From contig OZ024745.1 of the NCBI GenBank assembly GCA_964016885.1, positions 87,668,001 through 87,732,000 of the forward strand: a stretch of 64,000 nt of DNA, given 5' to 3'. Below are positions 24,970-39,769 of the stretch, piece after piece; the first letter of the stretch is position 1, and the number at the start of each line of letters is the position of its first letter. The position numbers and the translations under genes were made by a program. The DNA comes from Eledone cirrhosa. Lineage: Eukaryota. The notes under the pieces are model-generated. The model did not search any database. It had not been told where the DNA came from and worked only from the letters and a program-made list of their open reading frames with translations.

Positions 24970-27900
24970 TATAGTGAAAAGATAACAAGGACGATTTGTT
25001 ACTCCTTCATTATATTTATTGGTTGGTGACGCGCGTTTCGCCACTGATCAGCTCAAGGTTCGAGCTGTATCGATCTTACCCGACTCTATAATCTGCAGCT
25101 CGACGGACCCCTTGAAATGCTAGTAGAAAATGAATACATGCTATATGCTAAAGTCAGAAGTTCATATGTTGGTCAATAAAGTTTGTTTTGATTGGTGGAA
25201 TAGTTCATAGGGATGTTTTTACCTGTAGTGCATGTGGGGGTGAATGTGATGATAAGATGGTGGTGACGGTCACAGGTTGAGGTGGGCGGTGGTGGATTTG
25301 ACGGTAGACAGATTGGCATATATTTGTGGCTGATTTGTTTGTGTGGTGTGGGTGTGGTGTTGTTTGTGGTAATGGTGTTATGGTGGTGTGATAGTTGCGA
25401 TATGCGTTGGTGATGTTAATGATGTTAATGATTGTTGAAGTATGGAGTTGTATCTAGTGGTGGTGATGCTGGTGTGTGCGACAGAATATTAGCAGGGTCG
25501 AATATGGGGTGATATGTTCGACATTATATTTACAGGATCGGATGCTACTATGGTTTAGAAGGTAAACCTGACAGAGAGGACATCTAGAACACAATGGAAC
25601 CTACTGTAACTCCAAGTTACACTCACTCCATATTTAGCTCCTTACTTTGTCGAGCGCTTACCTGGAACACCATGGAATTGTTCTACAACACTTCCCCCTA
25701 AAGGACATACCTATATCTTCGGATGATGTATACATGAACCTTTTACTAATGCAGACCAACAATTTCATTAGAAGGATCCGTTGGAGGGCCTACCACTACA
25801 AAAACAGGAGGGCCCCTGGATCCAATGACAATTCCACCAACCACATGACAAAACTATTTAAAACGAGGAAAAACCCACCGCACAACGCACTCCTAGAGGA
25901 GTTTGAGGTCCGGACCATTACATTTAGGAAACCACCGCGAAACTTTGACAGAAATGCATTCCTGTCTGGGCTCGCATCCACTGTAAAAATGATCAGGAAT
26001 AGCCCTGGCATCATCGTAGCGGCCGATAAAACAGGAAACATCTACACTTTGGAGTACAAAACCTACAAGAAATGCATCACAAACGAAATAGCTAAAATAT
26101 ACAAAACATCAACACGGGAAAACCTAGCACACATAAACAAACAGGCGAAAACAATAATGACTGAACTGAGCATAGATGACAGGACTCAACCCTACAAACC
26201 TACACCGGGGATATCTATTAAAGACCATAAACCGGACTTTCAGTCCAAACTACCGGTCAGACTCATAGCCCCCTCTAAATCAGACCTAGGTAGATCAAGC
26301 AAATCTATCGTTGACCGGGTTATGCCAGAACTTAGAAATAGAACTAAATTCAGCCTCTGGTCATGTACAAAAGAGGTAATCGACTGGTTTTGCGGCATTG
26401 AAACTAAGTCGGAATTCGATTAGTCTAAATGTACATTGCGAACTACTACGCCACTATATCTCCAGTCATCCTTAACAAGGCAGTGCTCTCAGCCATGAAT
26501 AGATCAAGCCTTACTAGAAAGGAGGTGGACATCCTACTAGTAGCTAGGAAAACTTTACTAGAATTTGACGGTAAAGTGTGGGAACGACAGAATAGACCAG
26601 ATAGCTTCGACATTACAATGGGATCGAGTGACTCCGCGCAGGTACCGATATAGTAGGCCTATACTTCCTAAATATATTAACAGACGAGATCCCCTCCTTG
26701 GGCGGTGGCTTATACCTTCACGATGCCCCCTACTCATGACCCGGGGACTCAATAATAGCCAATTAGATAGACTACACAAACGACTTAGACATATCTTTAA
26801 GACCCAAAGATTAGCGGTAGAAATAGAACCTAACAGTAGGACTGTAAAAATGGAATTAGACACAGGTCTCTACCGCCCATACCATAAACCCAATGAAAAC
26901 CTTAAATACGTCAACAGACACTCCAACCACCCTAGGAGCATAATTGACTCAATAGTTAAAAGTATTTCCTATAGAGTGTCCACCCTGTCGGCAAACAGAA
27001 CTATCTTCAACCAGCACGCGGAATACTACAACTCCGCACTTGAAAAGGCTGGTTACATTGAGAAGATATCTTACAATGACCCAACTAGAACCGCAACGCC
27101 GCTAAACATAATCAGACCCTTAGAAACGAACATAGCCGAGGACACCACATCTAGAACAAATAATAACCTAAGACCCTCTTTAGCCGGCAGGGCAGGCAGC
27201 GGTACACACAACTGCCAAGGAGATAAAGCTACACTCTCCAACCCCAATAAGGATTCTGATTATAGCAGGCGTTTAGTAATAGAGACACTAGACATAAAGC
27301 CAATAGAATACTAGGAACCCCTATGACAAATACGCCTGACTAAAACGCAGCCAAGCTACCACCTAACCACAAAAACCGCACTAAACAGCGTAAAGCCTGA
27401 AGTGGATCTGTCACTTGGTACAATATTCTATACACGATGCGACCAATATACCGAGGTTTTTCTTCAGAGCTCTGGAACAATCCTTCCCACACACGCATAA
27501 ATACGACAAGCTCTTCAATAGACACACTGTAAAATTCTCTTTCTCCACAGCACAAAATCTAGGCCACACAAAAGCACACACTAATAGGACACAAATACGC
27601 AAACACATGGTAGCCCCACAAAAAAACCACTACCACAACCCAGAACGAAACCACATACACAACACAACATAACAACCCACATGCCACACAGCATACGAAC
27701 AACCAACAACGTGACACCAAACCGGTAACCCCCAACTACAACTGCAAAAAACAGTAGAATGCCCAATAAACGGGGAGTGCCTCGTTAAAAACATTATTTA
27801 CCGGTGCCATGTGACTGCTGGCAATAAAGAGTACTCCTATATAGGTGCGACGTCCACTACGTTTAAGGAGCTCTGGTATAACCACAGAAGCTCCTTTAAA

Positions 27901-29465
27901 CATAGGCTCAAACGATCCCAAACTAGACTGGCCGATTTGATCTGAGACCTCAAAGACAGGAACATCGAATTCCTGATCATATGGTCAGTGAAAAGACGCA
28001 TGGCCCAACTCCCTAGTGACAGAAACCTAGTGATAACCACCTTTGCCTTGCCACAACGCCCCTCATGTTTTATAACATGTAACCCTTTGTAAGTTCAGAT
28101 TTTGTAAATATCATGTCGCATCCTTCACCCCCACCAAAAGACACATCGCCATACAACCCTCATCTCAGTACCATTGTGTTCTATCTGTATTCTCTGTCAG
28201 GTTTTACCTTGTAAACCATAGTAGCATCGGATCGTGTAAATATAATGTCGACCATATCACCCCATAGCCACCACCACCACCATACCCATCGCTATATGTC
28301 TACCATGCCTCATCCACAACCTTGTTTCCTCGTGTTCCCTCTGTCATTTTTTAACCTGCAATCCTTCGTAAAATTCGATCCTGTAAATATCCTGTCGCAC
28401 ACATCACCACCACCACCACTAGATACAACTCCATACTTCAACAATCATTAACATCATTAACACCACCAACACATATCATCCCTCCCTCTCTGAACCATTG
28501 TGTTATATCTGTCTTCTCTGTCAGGTTTTACCTTGTAAACCACCGTAACATCTGATCATGTAAATATAGTGTTGACCATATCACCCCATCGCCACCACCA
28601 TGACCACATACATCGCTATACGCTCACAACCTTGTTTTCCCCGTGTTCCCTATGTCACTTTCTAACCTGTAACCCATCGTAAAATTCGATCGTGTATATA
28701 TTTTGTCGCACACAACACCACCACTGCCATCACACGGTACATCTCCATACTTCAACAATCATTAACATCATTAACATCACCAACACATATCATCCCTCCC
28801 TAAACAACGCAAGTGTGTGTAACTGTGTGTAAGTATATTTATATGTACAACGCCATCTCCATTGGCTCTCCTCCTCTCTGTATGTACAACGCCATCTCCA
28901 CTGGCTCTCCCACTCTCTCTATACACTTATATATACACATATATATACACATCTGTATGTATACAACGTTTTTGTCAGACTAAGTGTGTCTATGTATGTA
29001 TCACATTATTGAATTTGACACTACCTACACATCCATCACACCACCATAAACACCATTACCACAAACAACAACACCACATCCACATCACACACAAAAATCA
29101 GCCACAAATATATGCCAATCTGTCTACCGACAATCCACCACCGCCCACCTCAGCCTGCGACCGTCACCGCCATATTATCATCACATCCACCCCCACATGC
29201 ACTGCATGTAAAAAACATCCCTATGAACTATTCCACCAATCAAAACAAACTTGACTGACCAAAATATGAACTTCTGACTTTATCATATAGCATGTATTCA
29301 TTTTCTACTATCATTTCAAGGGATCCGTCGAGCTGCAGATTACAGAGTCGGGTAAGATCGATACAGATCGAACCTTGAGCTGATCGATCAGTGGCGAAAC
29401 GCGCATCACCAACCAATAAATGTAATGAAGGCGTAACCAATTGTCCTTGTTATCTTTTCACTATA
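24970..29465 (+). mobile_element. Near full-length degraded Penelope-like element with an inverted 5' terminal repeat
   Basis: Broken RT/EN frames over 25590-28030 (FIRRIRWRA, ADKTGNIY, IKDHK..PVRLIAPSKSDLG, FDITMGSSDSAQV, YIGATST). 24970-25400 is the reverse complement of about 29020-29465. A tandem duplication of about 320 bp lies at 28170-28800. Confidence 0.88.
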
Positions 29466-29541
29466 TATATACATATATGATATTAATAAGTGAAAACTAT
29501 GTTTATAAAACCATATTTATTCTATTATATATATTTCAAGG

Positions 29542-29731
29542 GTACCAAACCTTGGTACGCTCTCACCAGATAAAATACAAAGTTTGTTTTCACATATTCA
29601 GGAACGAGATCTTAACGGTTCAAGTTTATCCAGGAAAAACTTGCCCCGTTAAGATCTCGTTCCTGGATATGTAAATATTTATAAAACAAACTTTTTATTT
29701 TATCTTATGAGAACGTACCAAGGTTTTGGTA
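29542..29731. repeat. Fold-back palindrome of a PLE terminus with a mutated hammerhead (CTGGTGA core, minus strand, about 29518-29577)
   Basis: caggaacgagatcttaacgg pairs with ccgttaagatctcgttcctg; outer arms gtaccaaaccttggtacg and cgtaccaaggttttggta. Confidence 0.8.
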
Positions 29732-29873
29732 TATACTTGTTGAATTACCAACAAATTAAATATCCCTTTGCTTATACATGTATATATTCATATAAATTAG
29801 GGAATTCTTCCTTGATAGAGAAAAGAAGGAAAAGGCCGATAAGATCAGTAACCTTCGCCGAATCACTGGCGCC

Positions 29874-30310
<437 letters not shown>

Positions 30311-30462
30311 ACCGTATACCCATATATATATATATTGATATGAACGCTTCCAATATTTAACCCTGTAGGCACAATTATTGTGCAAAATGCACAACCTTTT
30401 GGCAACTAACTATATGTATCGCTTATCCCTTTAAACCTCTTCTTCTCTCTCACAATACTTAG

Positions 30463-30539
<77 letters not shown>

Positions 30540-30888
30540 CGCTTGGTCGAAATACAGTTTGGAAGTTTTACCATTCTGTAGCCACTTTTCACTTTACCCA
30601 TCTCATTACAGTTGAAAATTGTAAACTTGACTGTCACCAGAAGAATATGAACCTGAATATTGCGAAAGCATGAAAGTACTTGTTCAATTAACTCTTAACA
30701 TTTAATATTCAACCATACTATTTCATTCTAATACCATTATAAATTTTAAAGGATTGTAAATAAAACGAGTAAATCAGACAAAGTTAGAATTACTTTTATT
30801 AATATAATCTTCTATACACAATCATACACACCCGTGTATATTTATCTCTCTATATATATATCTATATTCCTATTGTGTATATACCAAC

Positions 30889-33800
30889 ATGTCTGGAAAT
30901 CAACAAATGAAATCAACAGAATCAGAAAGAATTCTAAAGGAGATATCATCGAAATTATCAACACTTATCACGATGATTGACACACAATCCTCTATTTTAA
31001 AGGAAATAGACAAACATACGGAAAACTTATAACTGAACATATAAACTCTGAAATTATACTTAGCTGAAATTATACCAACAGTTATCAAAGATACAAGAGA
31101 AAGCCTACCACAACCCCTTTGGATATCAGAACTAAACGAAAGAAATTTGGAAAACAAAACACATCGAATAAGAAAAGACATGGAAAATATTTCTTAACAT
31201 AAGAAAACAAAATTTCTGGAAAGCATACAAATGCGAAAAATATGTCGAAACACATTCGAAATGGCTCTCTCTAACGGCACCATACTCCCTCGAAAATACC
31301 TAATTTCAGAAATTGCAGGAGAACCAGAAGAAGAAACAAAACTCCGATGGGAACTTACATTAACAAAAATCAGGACCGACATCTTCATTTCTCAATGTAA
31401 ACAATCCCGCTACAAAGCCAAATATGAAGCTATTGATGACCAAATTGAAGTTGAAATTTCAAAGCTAACGACTGGTAATATAGCTGAAAAACTACGAGAA
31501 CTATGGATCAGAGATATCTCAAAAGAAGAAAGCAAATCAAGAAAGTTTTGGCAGCAGAAACAATTATTTCTCGACGAATATGCTGCAAATTACGGTAAAG
31601 ACTCTGGAACTCTGAGAAAAAGCATTAAAAGTGGACAATCTCACCAACACAATATACGCCAGAACACGTGCCAACACAAACACTCACCTTACCTTGAATC
31701 AAAGAAGAACTACGGTAAGAACTCTTCGCTTTTTCTACAAAAACACCCTAACGCACACAACATGAACAAAAAGCACAAACACGATAGATATTTCTTTGAC
31801 CAGACCATGAGAAGTAGAAAAACCAGGAGATCATTCTCAAGATCTCAACAGAGACTACCCACAAGGAACGGGGATAAAAAACGTAGAATAACCAGATCAC
31901 TCTCAAGATCTCAACAGAGATTACCCACAAGAAACTGGGCGAAAAAACGATCTAAACCTGAATGCAAACCTAGGCCATTTCCCCAGATTGTTAAAAATAA
32001 TGCTAACAAGAAATGGAAAAATAATATACATAATACCTAAAATAGGACAGAAAAAAATAACGAAACCAAATATAATATCACGACCAAAAATTCATCAAGC
32101 AAACACCAACAGGAATATAAATCCTGAACAGAGAAAAATCCATTTTTTAACGTCAGGAAACAAAAACCGGAAAAAGAAAAAACTCCAAGGGTAAACATAC
32201 CCAAAACAACTGAAACGTAGATCCTAAAATAATTAATTTATCCAAAAGAGATCTTGACAATGATGAAATGCAAATTCTGTCAAAAGGACTGAAATTCACA
32301 CCAACTCCAACAGTCAACCACCAAGAACTGAAGGAGGATACCCAAGAATTATGTCGAAAATTACGTCTTGTAGAATTCTTCGCTGATAAAAGTAATGAGA
32401 GTGATGAATCACTAGTAAAGAATAAATCAAATTTCACTCCGCGAAAAGCAAGAAATATCTATCTCGACCAATACATTGACATCCTGTCTAAATTTCCTCT
32501 TAGACGTAATACCTATTAGACGTAATGTTAGGCCAAACATTAACAAATCAGAAATGTCTGCACTTAAACGTATATAAAATGATAAAACAATAATAATTAA
32601 ACAAGCAGATAAAGGGACTGTAGTTGTTATAATGGATGCTGAATACTACAAAGATTTGGTTGAGGAACAACTGAAAGACACAACATTTTATCATGAAATA
32701 CCGTAAAATATAGACCACAACATCATGAAGAAGATCAACAACCTGGCTTCAAAATACCACAACTCACTTACTAATAAGAGAAAAGACTACATCACCAATT
32801 TTGAGCCAAAACCCAGCAACCTGTACGGCCTACAGAAAGTTCATAAGTCAAAAGAAATACAACTGGCAGTAAAAGAACAAAACAGTGAGTATATTAAATT
32901 ACTACACCCAAAAGACTTAAAACTTAGACCTATTATAGCTGGTCCAACATGCCCTACCCACCGTCTAAGCAATTTTGTTGACATTATTTTGAAACCACTA
33001 TGTATTCACATACCCAGTTTCATCCGGAATTATATCGACTTCCTCTCAGCATCTTCCCTAAACCACGGAAACGAATTCACTTCTACTTAGTATTGATGTT
33101 GTAAGCCTTTACACCTACATTTCACATGATTTAGGAATGAAGGCGGTTAAATACTGGGTGGAAAAACATAGAGAAGTGATTCACAGCGCCATTTATAGGA
33201 GACGCAGTCAAACTTATTCTGGAAAACAACATTTTCTTCTTCAATGGAAAGCATTACATCCAAATTAGAGATACAGCGATGGAAACGAAGTTTGCTCCCG
33301 TTTACGCGAACTCTGTAATGGGATACTTAGAACAACAACTCTACCAAGAAATATGGGTAAAATATAGTACTGACTTTAGAAAGTACATTGAAAATTCTTG
33401 GAAGAGATACCATGACGACTGTTTCATAATCTGGACAGAATCTCTAGATACTCTGGATGAGTTCAATATCCTCCTGAATAACCTACACCCATCTCTCCAA
33501 TTCACAAAAGAGATGAGTAGACCAAATTACCATTCCTAGATATAATGGTAATCAAAAACGACACTACCATTACCACGTATATATATTATAAACACACAGA
33601 CACCCATCAATATCTGAATTTTAAGTCGTGCCATCCACCTCATACAAAACGCAGCATCCCATACTGCCTAGCCAGAAGAATTTGTACCATTGTAGAATAT
33701 ACGAACACCAGGAACAAACGCCTAACAGAACTAAGAGAATTGTTACTGAAACAAAAATACCCATCTCTACTTATAGAAAATGGCATACAGCGGGCTATAA

Positions 33801-34140
33801 AAATACCTATACAACAACTTAGGACAACCAAGAAGATGAAACCAAGAACTGGTCATACCATTTATAATGACAAACAACCCATGTCACCAGAATATCTTCA
33901 ACACTGCCAAAGCAAACCTACCGATCATTGCTCAAAGTAATGAATTAAAAGGCTTAATCACAGATCGATATTTGACACTTAGTAAAAACCAGCCGAAAAA
34001 GTTGAAGAAATTACTAACAAAAGCAAAGTTTGACCTTAACAACTAAGACCAATCATTCACTGTATCTAAATGCAATGATAGTCGATGTGACACATGTCAA
34101 TCCATATACACCGGTCAATATATGAAAACAAAAACTGGAT
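30889..34140 (+). pseudogene. Penelope-like element (Neptune-like) with long N-terminal region + RT, degraded; truncated after the Cys linker, endonuclease missing
   Basis: LSKGLKFTPTP, ADKG, LYGLQKVHK, LRPIIAGP, WKRYHDDCF, YYKHTDTHQYL..SCHP, KCNDSRCDTC; multiple stops and frameshifts. Confidence 0.88.
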
Positions 34141-34886
34141 TCACCGAACATTTATTATAATGCTTGGTGTCTTTGTAAACAAACATCCCGTATTAAGTCG
34201 TAGTGTCTAGCAACCTTCGTTGCTCGTTTGTTCAACACTGACAAAGGAACGCTGTACTAGTTTCAAGCTTATTAGCTATCGTCAGCAACGTATACCTTCC
34301 TGCCAGATTGTTGAACGTATATACTTACCTTATACATATTAACGGCTGAGTAGCCCAATTTGGATATCGAGTGGGTTAATCGGCCGGGTGCACCGAAAAC
34401 GATAAGCGGAAAAAATGAAACGAAATTTCATTTCTCACTCTTAGTACAGCTGTTACTTAAATATAAGTATGTACACGTACATACATATATGTATACAGAC
34501 GTACAGTAGTATGTATATATATATACATACATGCACACATATATATATGTACGTTGCTGACGATAGCTAATAAGCTTGGAACTAGTACAGCGTTCCTTTG
34601 TCAGTGTTGAACAAACGAGCAACGATGGTTGCTAGACACTACGGCTTAATATGGGATGTTTGTTTACAAATACACCAAGCATTATAATTTTTAAGCCAAA
34701 AGATGCGTAATGATCTACTGTTCATGCTCATATAAGTTTTATCTCAGTTAAATAAAGTAGAGCCGCGCTGTACTGTCGTAAACAGACGATTGCCAACGAA
34801 AACACGACCAAAACAATATTACTAAACGGACTACTGTCCGTTTAGGATACATACTATTGTACGTCTGTATACATATATGTATGTAC

Positions 34887-34968
<82 letters not shown>

Positions 34969-35500
34969 GTAAGTATGTATGTATATATACGTACATACAT
35001 ATATGTATACAGACGTACAGTAGTATGTATATATATACATACATGCACACAGATCTATATATGCACGTATCGGTTTACCGAAAATTTGTTATAGTGCTCG
35101 GTTTGTTTGTTTGTAAACAAACAAACAGCCTGAATTACGCCGTACAGTGTTTAGGCAACCACGTCACCTTTTTGTTCAACACCGACACAGGAACGATGTA
35201 CTAGTTTCAAGCTTATTAACTGTATGTCTGTATACATATATGTATGTACGTATACATACATACTTACATTTAAGTAACTGCCGTACTAAAAGTGAGAAAT
35301 GAAATTTCGTTTCATTCTATTCCATTTATCGCTTTCGGTGCGCCCGGGTGACTAAACTCACTCGATATGCAAATTAGGCTGCTCAGCCGTTAATATGCAT
35401 AAGGAAAGTATATACTTTCAGACGTTCAACCATCTGGCAGGCAGGTATACGATGCTGGTATACTAAGAGTGAGAAATGAAATTTCGTTTCATTCTATTCC

Positions 35501-35506
<6 letters not shown>
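34141..35506. mobile_element. Cluster of inverted and direct pieces of the dispersed satellite-homologous hammerhead repeat
   Basis: Approximate pieces: minus 34141-34545, plus 34548-34690, minus 34965-35220, plus 35221-35458 and 35461-35506. They share aaaagtgag..gaaatttcgtttc..tttatcg..actcac..tatgcaaattag.ctgc with the satellite. Confidence 0.8.
34249..34291 (-). ncRNA. Minimal type I hammerhead ribozyme
   Basis: acgttg CTGACGA t-agct-aata-agct-t GAAA CTAG TA / cagcgt. The inverted copy at 34551-34593 has GGAA in place of GAAA. Confidence 0.85.
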
Positions 35507-35551
<45 letters not shown>

Positions 35552-35584
<33 letters not shown>

Positions 35585-37383
35585 TTTACGTCCGCTTTTC
35601 CCTGCTTGCAAGGGTGGAACGGGTCTTATTCAGCACAGCATCTCTCCACTCGTCACGGTCCCTCGTCATCTCCACCGTGAGCTTCAACAATGATCTGAGG
35701 TCTGTTCTCACCACCTCCGCCCATGTTTTTCGTGGTCTACCTCTACCACGTCTTCCTTCAACTGGCAATTCCTGGCACTTCTTCACCCATCGGTCATCCT
35801 CCATGCGCATCAAATGTCCATACCACCTCAGTCTCCTCTCCCGTACACTACATTCTATCCCTCTCAGACACAGTTTCTCTCTCAACACATTTATGCTGGG
35901 TCGTTCACGCACATTTACACTGCACATCCAACGGAGCATGCTTGCCTCATTTCTCTCCAGCCGTCGCATATCCTCTGCAGTTGCTGCCCATGTCTAATTA
36001 CCATGCTGCATCGCGCTCCTCACACAGGCATCATACAACCGGCCTTTCGTACGCAGGGAGAAACCCTTCTTCGTCAACAGAGGAAGCAGCTCCCTAAACT
36101 TCTTCCAACCTGTCCTTATTCTAGATACTATGGCCTCGGAACACCCTCCTCCCATGCTAATCTGATCTCCTAGGTACCGGAAGCTATCCATCACTTCTAT
36201 AGCGCCCTCTTGCAGTGCGACTTCTACTGTCTAATTTCCCTGTACATCTACTGCATACATATTTCTCCCTACCTGTTAGTTTGCCTGCTATCCTGCTACA
36301 TCTCTTGTGTACCCAGGATCTGCATTGTGTGCATTTTATAGTATTTATGCCAGTTCCTTTTCTGCATATCGAACATGGCCATTTCCCTGACGGAATCAGG
36401 GTTTTGTCCTCTTTTCTACTCATCAACACTTTTGTCTTAGCTAGATTCACTATCAGTCCTCTTGCTTCCAACTGCTGTTTCCATAGCCAGAATTTATTCT
36501 CTAGCTCCTCTACTGATTCTGCTATAAGAACCAGATCGTCAGCGGAGAGAAGTTCCCATGGACAGCCAGTCTTAAACTCCTCTGTTATGGCTTGGAGGAC
36601 TATAATGAACAAGAGCGGGCTGAGGACCGAACCCTGATGTACTCCTACTTGTATCTGGAATTCCTCACTAAACTCCATTCCTACCCTGACTTTACTGAGA
36701 GTACCTCTGTACAAAGTTTGCACTGTCTTCACAAGCCATTCCTCAACACCTAGCTTCCTTAGGGACCACCAGATGACAGATCGGGGTACCCTATCAAAGG
36801 CCTTCTCCAGGTCAACAAAGGCTAAGGATAGTGGCTTATTCTTCTGTAAGAACCTCTCTTGCAATTGTCTCACCAAGAAGAGGGCATCTGTTGTACTCTT
36901 CCCAGGCACAAAACCAAACTGCATCTCATCTAGTTTGACCCTTTCTCTAATTAGTTGTGCTAAAATCCTTTCTGCCACTTTCATAACCTGATCTATCAGT
37001 TTTATACCCCTATAATTGCTCCTCTCCAAAGCATCCCCTTTACCTTTGTAGCAATTTATGAGAATACTGCTGCACCAGTCTTTGGGTATGACACCACCAT
37101 ATATAGTCTGATTGATGATGCGTGCAACCAGTTTAGTGCCGACGTCCCCTGATGCCTTCAACATCTCAGCAACTATTCCCGATGGTCCGGCAGCCTTACC
37201 ATTTTTCATTTCCCTAATCGCCTCTTGGACCCTATATTCGTCAATCTCAATAGCTGGTCCCTCTGTCGGATCCACCAAGGGTAATTTCTCTCTCTCCCAT
37301 TCGTTCTCCACATTCATCAGTCTCTCATAATGACATTTCCAGGCCTCCTTTTTCTGATCATTCGTGACACTAAGTACACCGGC
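35552..37383 (-). mobile_element. 5'-truncated RTE-clade LINE (RT, Cys/His cluster, C-terminus) with a (TGA)n tail
   Basis: NYRGIKLI, QFGFVPGKSTTDA, AFVDLEKAFDRVPR, GVHQGSVLSP, SADD (YADD site), RLRWYGH, RGRGRPRKTW; (CAT)n at 35552-35584; frameshifted. Confidence 0.92.
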
Positions 37384-37469
37384 ATATATAAATATATATA
37401 AATATAAATATATATTCATATATATTAATATAACAGATTAAAGTTTAAGCAAAGAATCGGTGCTTTCCG

Positions 37470-37700
37470 ACTGAGACCATGCTGGGGCACCACCCTTGTT
37501 GCTACACATTTCATCTCCAGCCTGTATTGGTTGGCCACTGGTGCAAGAGGGAGTTCGTTGCTGCTGCACTTAGGTTTCCCTCGTGCCTTGCTGTGGGCTC
37601 ATCTGGGATCCTGGATAGCAAGGTGTCGATATGTTTCTTGAAGACATCCACCTCCACATCCACACCATGCAGATCTCTCAGATCCCGTTGAAGAGTTGAT
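37470..37700 (-). mobile_element. CR1-like LINE 3' fragment
   Basis: Minus-strand translation DLRDLHGVDVEVDVFKKHIDTLLSRIPDEP..NSLLHQ resembles a CR1 ORF2 C-terminus. Confidence 0.55.
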
Positions 37701-37728
37701 ACATACTTATACTTAAGTATCAGCAGTA

Positions 37729-38340
37729 CTAAGAGTCAGACATGAAATTTGCCAATGTATCATTATTCTCGAATTCAATTTTTAAGTTAAGATGCTTAAA
37801 TATATCAATAATATTTTTCTTAATAATATTAAAGTTTACTTTGTTACAATTAGAGACAGTAAAAAGAGCATTATCACGATAAATTCCACCGCGAAGTTGA
37901 GGAATTTTCCGGCTTAAAGAGTTCAAGATGAAAATTCCAACCAAGTCGGTCAGTGGAGCTGAATTCGAGGTGATGTCGAAATTGTTGGAAGTATCCCCTC
38001 TTGTCCAATATTCATTGTTAAATTCCAAGATGGTTTTCCTTACAGTGAGAAGGATGTTTATTTCTTCACTAGTAACGTCCGAGTATTTTAACGCATATGA
38101 GAGAGCCTTGTTTAGTAGTGAAGGAGAAATAGAAGAGTAATAGCTAACAATGTCTAACTTAATAAATTTCAGTTTGTTTTTATTATTTAGGTCATTGAAC
38201 CAGTCTATTACATCAGATGAACCCAACCATAAATTTAGTTGAGATTTAAACCTAACCTGTGGGATAATTCTATCCAAGATGGATTTATTAACAACATCTA
38301 GCTCAGATTTAGAAGGGGCAATTAGTCTTACAGGCAAGTC
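37729..38340 (-). pseudogene. Penelope-like RT internal fragment
   Basis: PVRLIAPSKSEL, DIVSYYSSISP, FDIT, GGIYRDN (YRDD site). Confidence 0.88.
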
Positions 38341-38969
38341 TTTGCAATCATAAATCCTTCAAGACCTTTCACAAACTATATAGCTAATGTCTTATAACAT
38401 ATTCCACGAATAACGGTTAATTTTTTACACATATTTTTTACATATATTTCATTATATTCTACAATGTATTAATTTAGTTTTCTCAGCATATATTAAGTCT
38501 TTCACCTTTTTTCTATAACCTTAAATTTTCGTTCAAACCTTCGTAGATTTTGTAAACAAATTATGACGTCATATGTTTTTCTACGTTTATAAATCATTCT
38601 AGCAATTTCCTTTATTTACTTGTTGATATTAAATAATAATTAAATAGTATACCCCACATATATTGATTTTTAATAGAAATTTTAAATTTTGCCATAGATA
38701 GACTATTTTTATTTTGTTATTTTATTTTATTTAAAAAACCTTTTTATACTTATTTTAATTTAATTTAATTTTGTTTTATTAATACATTTTTACACTTCTT
38801 AATCCAATTTTTAGTATTTAAAACCAATATAAAATAATATACCCAGTTTCTATATTTTAGACCTCTAATATTTGAATACCATCTATAATATTCGCACATA
38901 CACCCCATCAATTTACTTTGTAACCGTTATTTACAGCTTGTTTCATTTTGACAGCGTTCCTGATCAAAA

Positions 38970-39072
<103 letters not shown>

Positions 39073-39235
39073 TCCTTCTTTCTTTTTTGCTTTTTTCCTC
39101 TCTTCTCTTTCTTTTTCCTTTTTCTCCTTCTTCTTTCCTTTTCTTCTATTTTCCTATCTTTTTCTACTCTTATATTTGTGTCATATGTAGACTTTGCACT
39201 TGACAAGTGTTTTTAGGCCTCATATAAAGTTACAT

Positions 39236-39305
39236 TATTTTATCTGATGAGAACACAATTTTTGTCCCGTGATGATGTTGTTTTCGAAATGCGCATAATA
39301 AAATA
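39236..39305 (+). ncRNA. Type I hammerhead ribozyme, intact core
   Basis: TATTTTAT CTGATGA gaacacaa..ttgttttc GAAA TGCGCA TA / ATAAAATA; perfect 8-bp stem I; palindromic stem III ATGCGCAT; predicted cleavage after 39297. Confidence 0.88.
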
Positions 39306-39656
39306 TAGGGAATTGTTTAACCATCTTTTAATTTCTTCTTTATATATATATATATATATATATAATAACAGGTAGACATCATAAAAAGGTAATTTATTAT
39401 GTGTGCTTACAAATGTTTCCATGGTGGTTATACAGCCTAGTTACGCTATGTTCAAATGTATAACTATTTGCAAAACTTAATTATCAAATGCTGTGACCAC
39501 TGTATCATTCACTCCGGAATACAGAAGGATCAGGAACTCAGTTTCTTCAACTATTCTTCCATAACTCGTTGGTTGAGTAACCTCTCACTGTACGTCAACT
39601 CTATCCAGTGTAGTAGTTAACCATTACTGCATCCAGGATAATCCTATACCTAAAAT

Positions 39657-39758
<102 letters not shown>

Positions 39759-39769
39759 TAACCTAGCAA

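Noticed and set aside
29340-29415. Complete hammerhead at gtggcGAAACGCGC(G)TC/acc (also 25021-25075, minus strand)
   Set aside because: Only the 3' half is evident; no CTGANGA with a matching stem I was found upstream.
30630-30680. Hammerhead-like cagaaga..gcGAAAgcatg upstream of the Neptune-like PLE
   Set aside because: Core mutated, and stems I and III cannot be formed.
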